Shown: one piece after another, positions 47,130-60,093 of the stretch
Layout: every line of letters begins with the position of its first letter
How positions within the stretch are numbered: position 1 is the first letter of the stretch
NCBI RefSeq assembly: GCF_963921235.1
Contig: NC_086109.1
Coordinates: 2,790,001-2,854,000, forward strand
From: Mobula hypostoma
Taxonomy: Eukaryota
DNA: 64,000 nucleotides
Direction of reading: 5' to 3'
Made by a program: the position numbers and the translations under genes
The notes under the pieces: generated by a model
What the model was told of the DNA's origin: nothing
What the model saw: the letters and a program-made list of their open reading frames with translations, nothing else
The model's database searches: none

Positions 47130-49330
47130 CTGGAAAAATGGGCTGAAAAATGGCAGGTGGAACTTAATACAGACAGGTGCGTTGTTTTGCACTTTGGTAG
47201 GACCGACCAGTGTAGATCTTACACAGTGAATGGTAGGGCATTGAGGAGTGTGGTAGAAGAAAATGATCTGGGAATACAGGTACATAATTTGTTGAAAGTG
47301 GTGTCGCAGGTAGACAGAATCGTGAAGAAAGCTTTCGGCACATTGGCCTTCATGAATCAATGTATTGAGTACAGAGGATGGGATGTTATGTTGAGGCTAT
47401 GAAAGACAATGGTGAGGCCTAATTTGGAGTATTTTGTGCAGTTTTGATCACCTATCTACAGGAAAGACTACAGAGAAAATTTACAAGGATGTTACTGGGT
47501 CTGGAGGACCTGAGTTATAAAGAAACTTATAACTTATAACAGGCAGTGAAGAAAGCTAATGGCATGTTGGCCTTCATTACAAGGGGAGTTGAGTATAGGA
47601 GCAAAGAGGTCCTTTACGTTATTTTTGTTTTTTTTTCTCACGGGTACACGTTGAAGCTGCACCCTCTCTAACGTGCTGATAGAGAGTTTTATTTGGGTTT
47701 TCTTTAGCGCTGGAAATGGTTACATCCTGACACGCGGGACTGAAGCAAGGTTGCGTTGTGTATTCCACGGACCAACAAAGACCGGCCAGTTTAGCTAACA
47801 GAGCAGCCGACACCCCTGCTGAAATCCGGAGGAAAACACACAGAGGATGCAGAGGGGGATCACAAAGCCGAGGAAAGAGGACCGGGTCGAGACAACAGAG
47901 ACTTTTGGAGCAGAGGAGTTCGGTGGGTAATACCGTTCTGGCTGACCGGAAGTGCACTGAGAGCGGTAAGCGTAAAGGAGTTGGGTGCTTACTGATCTGG
48001 TTAAAAACGGATGGTGCAATCCGGGGTATATTACGATCGAGGAACGTGTTTGCAAACTGAATATTGAACTTTTTACTGTTGGACTTCGGCCACATTCCAT
48101 TGTGATACAACACTTGGTGGCACGGGAGGTCGTTCCTGCCTGTGGCCATCGAACGTGCAGCTCCTCCCGTGGAGGGTCAGACACCCTGAGCCAATAGACT
48201 GGTCCTGGACTTATTTGCCATCTGGCATAGTTTGCATTTTGTTGTTTGATTGTTGGGATTTTTTGTATTGCTATATTTACGCTCTATTCTTGGTTGGTGC
48301 GGCTGTAACGAAACCAAATTTCCCTCGGGATTAATAAAGTATATCTATCTATCTATCTATCTATCTACAGGGCCCTGGTGAGACCCCACCTGGAGTATTG
48401 TGTGCAGTTTTGGTCTCCAAATTTGAGAAAGGACATTTGTGCTGTGGAGGGAGTGCAGCGTAGGTTCACTGGGTTAATTCCAGGGATGGAGGGAATGTCA
48501 TATGTTGAAAGATTGGAGCGACTGGGCTTGTATACACTGGAATTTAGAAGGATGAGAGGGGATCTGATTGAAACATGTAAGATTATTAAGGGATTGGACA
48601 CGCTAGAGGCAGGAAACATGTTCCAGAACCAGAGGCCACAGTTTAAGAATAAGGGGTAGACAATTTAGAACAGAGTTGAGGAAAAACTTTTTCACACAGA
48701 GGGTTGTGGATCTGTGGAATGCTCTGCCTCAGCAGGCAGTGGAGGCCAATTCTCTGGATTTTTTTCAAGAAGGAGTTGGATAGAGCTCTTAAAGATAGCG
48801 GAGTCAAGGGATGTGGGGAGAAAGCAGGAACAGGGTACTGATTGTGGATGATCAGTGAATGGTGGTGCTGGCTCAAAGGGCCGAATGGCCTACTCCTGCA
48901 CCTATTGTCTATTGAAACATTGAATTGGTTATGACTGTAGTCTTTAAAATGTAGAAGATTGAGAGTAGATTTTATAGAGGTATACAAACTTATGAGGGGT
49001 ATAGGTAGGGTAAATACAAGCAAGCTTTTTCTACTAGGTTAGATGGGATGACAACCAGAGGTCATGGGTTAAGGGTGAAAGGTGAGAAGTTCAAGGAGAA
49101 TCTGAGGTGAAAGTTCTTCACTCAGAGGGTCATGAGAGTGTGGAATGAACTGCCAGATCAAGTGGTCCATGCAAACTTGATTTCAGCATTTAAGAGAAGT
49201 TTGAATAGGTACATGGATAGTAGGGATATGGAGGGCTACAGTCAGGTCAATGGGAGTATGCACTTTAAAGAGTTTCAGCATGGATTAGATGAGCCAAAGG
49301 GCCGGTTTCTGTGCCGTACCTCTCTATGAC
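47130..49330 (+). mobile_element. Cluster of CR1 fragments
   Basis: LEKWAEKWQVELN, RPHLEYCVQFWSPNLRK and MRVWNELP motifs. Confidence 0.85.
47615..48365 (+). mobile_element. Internally deleted Rex1-like element inserted in a CR1
   Basis: AEIRRKTHRGCRGG (5' region), ESGKRKGVG..WCNPGYITIEERVC (APE piece), RSFLPVAI (3' end), AATAAA and an (ATCT)n tail; the CR1 text gaggtcctt|...|tacagggccctgg is split. Confidence 0.6.
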
Positions 49331-50047
49331 TCTATGTGTTGTGTCATATTGTTCTTGGCAAATTTTTCTACAGCAGTGGTTTGCCATTGCCTTCTTCTGG
49401 GCAGTGTCTCTACAAGACGGGTGACCCCAGCCATTATCAATACTCTTCAGAGATTGTCTACCTGATGTCAGCAGTCACATTACAAGGACTTATGATATGC
49501 ACCAGCTGCTCATACGACCATCCACCACCTGCTCCCATGGCTTCCCGTGACCCTGATCAAGGGGCTAAGCAGGTGCTACACCTTGCCCAAGGGTGACCTG
49601 CCGGTTAGTGGAGGGAAGGAGCTCCTTACCCTTTTTTGGTAGAATAGTATCTCCATCTTGCCATGAGAAATTCTGCCTGTGCTGGAAATCCAAAGTAACA
49701 CACACAAAATGCTGGAGGAACTCAACAGGTCAGTTATGCAACTACAGTACATAAATGAACAAACAGTTGACATTTTGAGGCGAGATCCTTCTTCAGGACT
49801 AGAAAGGAAGGGGGAAGACAACAGAATTCAAAGGTGGGGGGGGATGGGAGAAGGTGATAGATGAAGCTAGGCGGGTAGGAAAGGTAAAGGGCTGGAGAGG
49901 AAGGAATCTTGTTAGGACGGGAAAGTGGACCATAGGAGAAAGGAAAGGAAGAAGGGATCCATTGGGAGGTGGTAGGGTAGGTGAGAAGAGGTAAGGGGCT
50001 AGAGCGGGGAAATAGTAGAGGCAAGGAGGAAGGAATTTTTTTTAAAG

Positions 50048-51400
50048 CAACACTTTCAGTACGCTGGATGAACTCAGCAGGTCGGGCAGCATCAGTCAGA
50101 AACGATGAGTCGACGTTTCAGGCCGGAACCCTTCGTCAGGACTGAAGAATGAAAGATGGGGAAGGATTTGAAGAATGCTTGTGGCTTCAGTTGAAAGACC
50201 AGTAATTTGAAAGACAAAGGGGTGGGGGAGTGGAAGCATTGACGTCATAGCCCTGAAAACAATGGGTGGTAGAAGAAGGAGGCGGAACCATGAGGGAGCT
50301 GGGGGAGGGGGTAGAGTGAAATAGGGATAGAGGAAGGGAGGAGGAGGGAATTACCGGAAGTTGGAGAATTCTATGTTCATACCAAGGGGCTGGAGACTAC
50401 CTAGACGGTATATGAGGTGTTGCTGCTCCATCCTGAGTTTAGCCTCATCATGGCAGTAGAGGAGGCCATGTATGGACATATCTGAATGGGAATGGGAAGC
50501 AGAGTTGAAGTGGGTGGCTACCGGGAGATCCTGTCTGTTGTGGCGGACAGAGTGGAGGTGCTCGACGAAGCGGTCCCCCAATCTGCGTCGGGTTTGACCG
50601 ATGTAGAGGAGGCCGCACCAGGAGCACCGGATGCAATAGATGACCCCAACAGACTCACAAGTGAAGTGTTGCCTCACCTGGAAGGACTGTTTGGGGCCCT
50701 AAATGGTTGCAAGAGAGGAGGTGTAGGGACAGGTGTAGCACTTATGCTTACAGGGATAAGTGCCGGGTGGGAGATCCGTGGGGAGGGACGTATGGATAAG
50801 GGAGTCGTGGAGGGACCGATCCCTGCGGAAAGTGGAGAGGGGTGGAGAGGGAAAGATGTGCTTAGTGATGGGGTCTTCTTGAAGGTGGCGGAAGTTGCGG
50901 AGGATAATGTGCTGGATCCGGAGGCTGGTGGGGTGGTAGGTGAGGACAAGGGGAACTCTGTCCCTGTTGTGGTTGCGGGAGGATGGAGTGAGGGCCAAAC
51001 TGCGGGAAATGGAGGAGATGTGGGTGAGGGCATCATTGATGACGGTAGAAGGGAAACCACGATCCTTAAAGAAAGACGACATTTGAGATGTGAATTTTTT
51101 TTACCAGATGGAGAAATTGATATTCACGTCATCAGATTGGAGGCCATCCAGATAGAATACAAGGTGTTGGTCCTCCACCCTGAGTGTGGCCTCATCATGG
51201 CACAAGGGGAGGTCATGGATCAACATGTCAGAACGGGATTGGGAATTGGAATTAAAGTGTTGGGCCACCAGGAAGTTTCACTTTTGGCAGGTGGAGTGGC
51301 GGTGCTAAGCAAGGCTCACCAATGTAGGGGAGACCACATCGGGAGCACCAGACACAATAGACCACCCCAGCAGATTCACAGGTGAAGGTCTGTTTGGGGG
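50048..51400 (-). mobile_element. Penelope-like element (RT C-terminus, GIY-YIG endonuclease, pLTR) plus an older tandem fragment
   Basis: ORF 50699-51082 (FFKDRGFP..RVPLVLTYHP) and ORF 50351-50677 (GVIYCIRC..LYIGQT.RRLGDRF.EH); a second degenerate GIY piece lies at ~51250-51400. Confidence 0.9.
50108..50143 (-). ncRNA. Minimal hammerhead-ribozyme-like motif
   Basis: Minus strand AGTC-CTGACGA-AGGGTTCCGGCCT-GAAA-CGTC-GACT, with palindromic ACGT at helix III. Confidence 0.55.
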
Positions 51401-52074
51401 CCTGAATGTCTTCTTGAATGCAGTGCATGAATACCCTGTATTCCAGTGCTCCGAAGGATTGTACCATTTATCGCATACTTTCCCCTTACATTTGACCCCA
51501 CAAAATACAAAACCTGACACTTGTCTGGATTAAACCATCTGCCATTTCTCAGCCCATATTTCTAACTGGTCTATATCCTGCTGAATCTTTTAACAACCTT
51601 CCACACCATCCACAATTCCACCAACTTCCAAGCCTACAATTCAGCTCAACGACATTTTTGTCCAAATCATTTGTACATATCTCATAACCGATCCTTGCAG
51701 AACACCACTGGTCACAGGCCTCCAGTCAGATAAATACCCTTCAGCTTTCCATCTCATATCACCAAGCCAATTTTGTAACAGCAAGTTTGAGCAGAAAAGG
51801 GGTGTGGAGTAGCAGGTGGACAGTGAGTGCCCAAGTTGGGCTGAGAACATTGCACACTATACACTAACATGACTGACACACATCGCTCTGCTCTAGAACC
51901 AGTCAATCACTAAAATATGACCCTTTGCAATTTTGGGCTTAGTATTTCCTCTCTCAATTGGTACAGCCTTATCTACTGACACCAGAACACCAAAGCATAC
52001 AAATCAGAATCACCCTCTACCTGCCCAATTAACCCATCTGACTTGGTCTCACCCTGACATCGACGTTGCCTTTT

Positions 52075-53290
52075 CCATAGAAACATAGAAAACCTACAGC
52101 ACAATAAAGGTCCTTCTGCCCACAATGCTGTGCTGAACATGTCCTTACTTTAGAATTTACCTCGGGTTACCCATAGCCCTCTATCTTTCTAAGCTCCATG
52201 TACCTATCCAAGAGTCCCTTATAAGATCCTATCGTATCCACCTCCACCACCGTCGCTGGCAGTCCATTCCATGCTCTCACCACTCTCTGCGTAAAAAACT
52301 TACCCCTGACATGTCCTCTGTACCTACTTCCAAGCACCTTAAAACTGTGCCCTCTCGTGTTAGCTATTTCAGCCCTGGGAAAAAGCCTCTGACTATCCAC
52401 ACGATCAATGCCCCTCATCATCTTATACACCTCTATCAGGTCACCTCTCATCCTCCGTCGCTCCAAGGAGAAAAGGCCAAGTTCACTTAGCCTATTCTCA
52501 TAAGTCATGCTCCCCAATCCAGGCCACATCCTTGTAAATCTCCTCTGCACCCTTTCTATGGCTTCCCCATCTTTCCTGTAGTGAGGCAACCAGAATTGAG
52601 CACAGTGCTCCAAGTGGGGTCTGACCAGGGTCCTATATAGTTGCAACATTACCACTCGGCTCTTAAACTCAATCCCACGGTTGATGAAGGCCAATACACC
52701 GTATGCCTTCTTAACCACAGAGTCAACCTGCACAGCAGCTTTGAGTGTCCTATGGACTCGGACCCCAAGATCCCTCTGATCCTCCACACCGCCAAGAGAC
52801 TTACCATTGATACTCTATTCTGCCATCATATTTGACCTACCAAAATGAACCACCTCACACTTATCTGGGTTGAACTCCATCTGCCACTTCTCAGCCCAGT
52901 TTTGCATCCTATCGATGTCCCATTGTAACCTCTGACAGCCCTCCACACAATCCACAACACCCCAACCTTTGTGTCATCAGCAAATTCACTAACCCATCCC
53001 TCCACTTCCTCATCCAGATGATTTATAAAAATCATGAAGAGAAGGGGTCCCTGGGGCACACCACTGGTCACCGACCTCCATGCAAAAAATGACCCATCTA
53101 CAACCACTCTTTGCCTTCTGTGGGCAAGCCAGTTCTGGATCCACAATGCAAGGCCCCCTTGGATCCCATTCCTCCTTACTTTCACAGTAAGCCTTGCATA
53201 GGATAATTTATCAAATGCCATGCTGAAATCCATATACACTATATCTACTACTTTACCCTCATCAATGTGTTTAGTCACATCCTCAAAAAT
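52075..53290 (-). mobile_element. CR1 RT 3' half
   Basis: ORFs 52826-53278 ([24 protein letters not shown]) and 52167-52787. Confidence 0.92.
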
Positions 53291-54994
53291 TGCAATCAGC
53301 CTCGTAAGGCACTACCTGCCTTTGACAAAGCTATGCTGACTATTCTTAATAATATTATGCCTCTCCAAGTGTTCATAAATCCTGCCTCTCAGGATTTTTC
53401 CCTCCCTTCTGCCCACCATCTTCTTCAGCACCTTAAAATCATTCTTTCCCAGTGACAGAGTTTGTATAGTGCAGAAATGGGCCTTTCAACCCACTATAGT
53501 GACATTGTACTTATCAGTACATCCTGTTTGCCTGTATTGTCTCCAGAGCCTTCAGTATTTTGGTGTTTCAAGTGCTTGCCCAGATGTTTTTAAATGTTGC
53601 AAGAGTCTCTGCTTTAAGCAGTGCATTCTGGACTCCAGCCACCCTCTAGGTGAAATAGTTCCTCCTCAAACTCCTCTAAACCTACCTCTCACACTAAACC
53701 TGGCCTCTCTTATTTTAGACATCTTCAGAATGGGGAAAAGATTCTTCCTATGTACCCTATCTACCCTCTTTATAATTCAATATAGTTCCCGCAATCCAAT
53801 GCCCGTTATAACTGAAATGCTCCAATCCAGGCAACATCCACAAAATCACCTGTGGCTGGAGAAGAGGGAGGAATTTGCCAGGCCCTTTGCCTCCTCACAA
53901 CATCCTGGGGACATCTTACCGGATCCTAATGAAATCCATCCCAGTGTTCTAAAGCACATAACACCTACCTAAATGTTAACATGCCTAGAATATCAGCATC
54001 ACTTTCCTTGAACTCTCCATCCACCAACACTTTCTCCAAGAGAATGCAGATGAAATGTTTTTTTCCCCCCACTTCTCTCTTTTTTCCCTCTGGGTGAAGA
54101 GCACATCCCTAATATGATTTGCCAGGCAGGCCTGCTCTATATTTCACATCTACTCCATTTCTGTCTATAAGGAGCACACTCAATGGGCCAAATGGCCTAA
54201 TTCTGCTCCTATACCTTATGGTCTTATGTCATCACTCCCTTTCAACTGACCTTGTTTTCACCTTATCCCCATTGTCACCCTGGCTTTACCTTATCAGAGG
54301 CATTTCCTCTCCCTACTCACCCTGCAGCTTAACAAGTTCTTCAGCAGACAAGGCTGACTTGCAAATAGACAGTCAGTGTTTCAGCTCGAGACATTTCACC
54401 TGCACTGGAAGACACAGGGGCACTGGGCACTATAAAAAGCACAAGGGGAAGGAGTGGAGTACAAGCTAGCAGGTGACAACCGGGTGAAGAGAGCAATGGG
54501 TAGATGGTGAGGGGAGAGTGAGAATAGGGCCAGAAGCAGGGAGGAGACAGATGGAAGTGACGGAGGATTGAGATAATGGGATCAAATTGTAGATGGATGT
54601 GGACAGGGTGGATCACCCTCCTGACACTTATCACTGCAACTGTGCAAAGTGCTACTCTTTGTGTTACACCACCTCCTTCACCATTGGCTCACAGCGCCCA
54701 GTTAACAAAAACATTTCCTCAGGAGAACTTCACTCCACAAACTTGTGGTTTCCCAGTCCCTCACAACCCACTTCCCCCTGCTCCCCAGAACCCACAAGCA
54801 GGACTGATATATCCAGTCATCCAGCCCACACTTCCCCATCAAGCTTATTCCAACAGACTCTTTCCAATCTCTTCCCACCTACATCAGTGCAGTTTCCCTG
54901 ACGGTCATAGGTACTTGAGATTTCCATTCAGCATCTCCCACTGCTACAGTTCACAGATTTCAGCAGCATGTGTGGACAGTTGTTCACACACTGG

Positions 54995-56800
54995 GTCCCT
55001 GATTCTCTATGTGTCTGACCCGTACACTGGCAGTATGTAATGGGACAGTGTCGAGGGAGCTTCACTCTGTGTCTAGCCCATACCCCGGGAGTGTGTGATG
55101 GGACAGTGTAGAGAGAGTTTCACTCTGTGTCTGACCCATGTCCTGGGAGTGTGTGATGGGACAGTGTAGAGGGAGCTTCACTCTGTGTCTGACCCCTGTC
55201 CTGGGAGTGTGTGATAGGACAGTGTAGAGGGAGCTTCACTCTGTGTCTGACCCATACCCTGGAAGTGTGTGATGGGACAGTGTAGAGAGAGTTTCACTCT
55301 GTGTCTGACCCAGACCCTGGAAGTGTGTGATGGGACAGTGTAGAGAGAGTTTCACTCTGTGTCTGACCCGTGTCCTGGGAGTGTGTGATGGGACAGTGAA
55401 GAGGGAGGTTCACTCTGTGTCTGACCCATACCCTGGAAGTGTGTGATGGGACAGTGTAGAGGGAGTTTCACTCTGTGTCTGACCCCTGTCCTGGGAGTGT
55501 GTGATGGGACAGTGTAGAGAGAGTTTCACTCTGTGTCTGACCCGTACCCGGGGAGTGTGTGATGGGACAGTGTAGAGGGAGCTTCACTCTGTGTCTGACC
55601 CGTGTCCTGGGGGTGTGTGATGGGACAGTGAAGAGGGAGGTTCACTCTGTGTCTGACCCATACCCGGGAGTGTGTGATGGGACAGTGTAGGGGGAGCTTC
55701 ACTCTGTGTCTGACCCGTGTCCTGGGAGTGTGTGATGGGACAGTGTAGAGGGAGCTTCACTCTGTGTCTGACCCATACCCTGGAAGTGTGTGATGGGACA
55801 GTGTCGAGAGAGTTTCACTCTGTGTCTGACCCCTGTCCTGGGAGTGTGTGATGGGACAGTGTAGAGGGAGCTTCACTCTGTGTCTGACCCGTGTCCTGGG
55901 GGTGTGTGATGGGACAGTGAAGAGGGAGGTTCACTCTGTGTCTGACCCATACCCGGGAGTGTGTGATGGGACAGTGTAGGGGGAGCTTCACTCTGTGTCT
56001 GACCCGTGTCCTGGGAGTGTGTGATGGGACAGTGTAGAGGGAGCTTCACTCTGTGTCTGACCCATACCCTGGAAGTATGTGATGGGACAGTGTCGAGAGA
56101 GTTTCACTCTGTGTCTGACCCCTGTCCTGGGAGTGTGTGATGGGACAGTGTAGAGGGAGCTTCAATCTGTGTCTGACCCGTGTCCTGGGAGTGTGTGATG
56201 GGACAGTGAAGAGGGAGGTTCACTCTGTGTCTGACCCATACCCTGGAAGTGTGTGATGGGACAGTGTAGAGGGAGCTTCACTCTGTGTCTGACCCCTGTC
56301 CTGGGAGTGTGTGATGGGACAGTGTGGAGGGAGTTTCATTCTGTGTCTGACCCCTGTCCTGGGAGTGTGTGATGGGACAGTGCAGAGGGATCTGCACTCT
56401 GTGTCTGACCCGTGACCGAGGAGTGTGAGATGGACAATGTAGGGAGCTTCACTCTGTCTCTAACCTGTACCCTGGGAGTGTGTGATGGGACAGTGTAGAG
56501 GGAGCTTCACTCTGTGTCTGACCTGTGCCCTGGGGGTGTGTGATGGGATAGTGTAGAGGGAGTTTCACTCTGTCTCTGACCTGTGTCCTGGGAGTGTGTG
56601 ATGGGACAGTGTAGAGGGAGCTTCACTCTGTGTCTGACCCGTGTCCTGGGAGTGTGTGATGGGACAGTGTAGAGGGAGCTTCACTCTGTGTCTGACCCGT
56701 GCCCTGGGGGTGTGTGATGGGACAGTGTAGAGGGAGTTTCACTCTGTCTCTGACCCGTACCCTAGGAGTGTGTGATGGGACAGTGTAGAGAGAACTTCAC
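54995..56800 (+). repeat. 58-bp tandem minisatellite, ~31 copies
   Basis: Unit GGGAGTGTGTGATGGGACAGTGTAGAGGGAGCTTCACTCTGTGTCTGACCCGTGTCCT with minor variants. Confidence 0.95.
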
Positions 56801-57829
56801 GCTGTGGCCAAGCTGAGCAGACACTGCCTGCCATGGAAGTAATGAAGGCCCCAGAAAGAGGCAGAGAGGGAAATGAAACAAAGGCTTCCACCCTTCCACT
56901 TTTTTTTGCTGGTAGGGGAGGGGTATTGTTGCTCTCAGCCGCTTGTGCGCGGGAGGGGGGAGCTGAAGGGGTACTTTGGGGTTCTCACATTTAACTGTCA
57001 TTCATTCTTTGGGGCACTTCTCTGTTTTCGTGGATGTTTTTCAAAGAAAAAGCATTTCAGGATGTATATTGTATACATTTCTCTGACATTAAATTTGACC
57101 TTTGAACCTTTGAGCTTGACCTGAGTGAAACTCATAGACTGAACCATGCAAGCCAGTCAGGAGCAGACACTCTGTGTTCATTTGCTCAGGTAACAACAGC
57201 TTTAACATCAGCAAACAGTCTGTACTTGGAACTAAAAGTGCAGAAGTGCAGAGCGTGACAAAAGCCGGGCAGGAGCAGGTGTGATCACACTCAGAAGGTC
57301 ACCACTAACGGTGTCAGGGCTGAAGCGGTGCTGTGACAGGGTGAGGTGAGAGAGTACCTGCTTCTCCCCACAACCCACAGGGTCACCACACAAGTTCAAG
57401 TGCTCTGTCATCTGACCATATAACCAAACAAAACAATGTTCCTCCAGACAACTGTGTATCTACAAAACAAATACCACTCAGAGCACATAAGACAAAATAT
57501 CACCACAAATAATAAAATAGAATTCAAAGTCCATGTAATGCACAGTGCAGGTAAACAGCTCGCTGCCTAGTGACGAGACCTCGGTGATGACACAGTATTC
57601 ACTAGTCTCACAGCCTGAGGGAAGAAGCTGTTACCCAGTCTGGCAGTCCTAGTCCTGATGTTGCTGAACCTCCTTCCTGACTGTAGTGGGTTAAAGAGCT
57701 TATGGGAGGGGTCAATGCTTCAGGCCCTTTGTGTACAACCCTCCAGGTAAATGTCACACTTGGGGTGGGGGGGAGACCTCTGTGATCCTTTTGGTGCCTT
57801 TTATTATCCTAACAGGTGCTGAAGTGAGT

Positions 57830-58870
57830 CATCCCAACCTTCGCTCTCCCTCTCACCCCACCCTCCCTCCATCTTTCCATCCATGTCCTACCCCTTACCA
57901 CCCCATCATACAAATCTTCTCTCCCCTTCCCCTTTCATCCTCCACACACTCTTTCCTGCTTCGCCTAACCCCAATCCCAAATTTCTCTACTACCCCTAAC
58001 ACTTCGCCCTTTCTCCTACATCTTACGACCTCCACCCCACTCCCTCCCCAATTCCTCCACTCTTCCACTTTCCTGCCTCCACATGCCCCTTCCCCTTGCT
58101 TCCTACCCACCACCATCTCCTTCCCACACACCTTTCCTTCTCTACTGCTTCCCTTCCCTCTCACACCCCCTCCCCTTTGTTCCCCTTCCTCCTTCCATTT
58201 CCTGTTTTCTTCTCAATTCAACCTCCCCCTCTCTCATTACCCCTTCCCTTCGAACCACCCCTACTCCTGCACCCTTACCTTCCTCCCCTCCCCTTCACCT
58301 CATATTCCCCTACTTCCGTCCTCCCCTTCACCTCCTATTCCCCTACTTCCTCCCCTCCCCTTCACCTCCTATTCCCCTACTTCCGTCCTCCCCTTCACCT
58401 CCTATTCCCCTACTTCCTCCCCTCCCCTTCACCTCCTATTCCCCTACTTCCGTCCTCCCCTTCACCTCCTATTCCCCTACTTCCTCCCCTCCCCTCCACC
58501 TCATATTCCCCTACTTCCGTCCTCCCCTTCACCTCCTATTCCCCTACTTCCGTCCTCCCCCTCACCTCATATTCCCCTACTTCAGTCCTCCCCTTCACCT
58601 CCTATTCCCCTACTTCCGTCCTCCCCAACCCCTCCATCTTCACCTCTTTCCCTCTTCTTGCACCGTACTCATCCTCCTTCCACTCATCCATTCCCTTCAT
58701 CTCTCCCCCTTGCCCACACCCCTACAACCTCCTTCCCTTTCCCTTACTTTTCCTCACTCTCTCTATCTACCCCAAAACTCCCCATCCTCCAATCCCCTAC
58801 CTCCACCCTCAACCTCACGCCTCCCCCCCCCCCCCCCCACCGCAGCTCTCTCTTGCTTCTCTCTTCCCCT
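57830..58870 (+). repeat. ~1-kb polypyrimidine tract containing a ~33-bp tandem repeat (~58280-58625)
   Basis: Strongly C/T-biased strand; units such as CCTCCCCTTCACCTCCTATTCCCCTACTTCCGT. Confidence 0.9.
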
Positions 58871-58899
58871 CCCCTTGCTTGAGGAAGGCGACCTGCAGC

Positions 58900-59300
58900 C
58901 TCTGTCAGCTCGTTGGGGGGTCCGCGGCTGATTGGCCGTTCTCGGAGACCGCACACAAGGATTGGCTAAAGTCCTAGCAATGTCATCCAATTGAATACCG
59001 TTATGATCGCAGACTGATTTCCTAATTGGTCACTGTGAGCGACGCCCTCTCTGATTGGATGGGCGGATGAGAGCGCTATGTGCCGATGATTGGCCAGTTA
59101 AGGAGCTGCCGGATTGGTTCGCCGATGACAATGACCGCGACGCTGCGGAGCTCGGCTCGCCATGTGAGCGGGTGTAAGGGTCTGGGATACCGGTCCCCCC
59201 GGTCTGTCCCCGCAGCGGCTCCCGTCACACCGGCCCTTCCCACCCCGCCTGTTAGATTCTTAACGGGGCTAACACAGGAGAAACTATACTGGTGCTTAAT
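58900..59300. promoter_or_regulatory. CpG-island promoter with seven CCAAT boxes and a GC box
   Basis: ATTGG at 58931, 58961, 59025, 59054, 59089, 59113; CCAAT at 58987; GGGCGG at 59061; locally CpG-rich. Candidate first-exon donor GTGAGC at 59164. Confidence 0.7.
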
Positions 59301-60093
59301 GAAGTGGCGTAGGAATTAAACGAATATTTAATGTCCGTGTTGGTCGGAGATGTCGAGAACTTCTCGGACAGAGGGGGGAAACAGATCTACAGTGAATATG
59401 CAGCTGAAGGAAATCTGTGATAGGAAGCTGAGTGAGAGACTCGGAAATTTGTAAATAAAACATGCTAGAGTTGTTTTATGAGTTTAACAAAAGCCGCAGC
59501 CCTTCCATTATGAACAAAAGCCGCAAGTTTGACCGACGTCATCGTGTCAGACAGCGCCTCTGAAAGTGAACACAACAGCTCGATGGCCGTGTTTATGCAT
59601 CATGTCGAACCGTTTCTATCATGAACAATATGTGACATCGATCGCCTATTGCCTAGCCCACCCCACAGGAATTCAGCAAAGCCGGCATTGTCAGTCTGTC
59701 TGGCTCGGCTCCTGTGAGCCTGGTTGAAGTGACTGCGGGTGGCTCAGCCCGTCCAGATTGTGCGGACTCGCACACGGTCACGTCGCGATGCATGGGCCGT
59801 GGCCGCGGAACCATCCAGGCTGAAGGGCCGGTTTAAGGCCGTTTTTTAATATACAGTATTTCTGTTTTTGCACATTTTTAAAAAGATCTATTCAATATAC
59901 GTAATTGATTTACTTGTTTTATTTATTATTAATTTTTTTTCTCTGCTAGATTATGTATTGCATTGAACTGCTGCTGCTAAGTTAACAAATTTCATATCGA
60001 TGCCGGTGACAATAAACCTGATTCTGATTCTGTGTGGAAGGAGACCTGAGGACGTTTATAAAATCACAAACACAAGAGGTTCTGCAGATGCTG

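Noticed and set aside
50486-51385. 299-aa + strand ORF
   Set aside because: Antisense shadow of the Penelope RT/endonuclease on the minus strand.
54995-56800. Regular array resembling CRISPR
   Set aside because: Units are head-to-tail with no unique spacers, there are no cas genes, and the context is vertebrate; it is a minisatellite.
57731-58977. Long Pro/Ser/Leu-rich ORFs (383, 293, 282 aa)
   Set aside because: Artefact of a C/T-only strand lacking stop codons; several frames are open at once.
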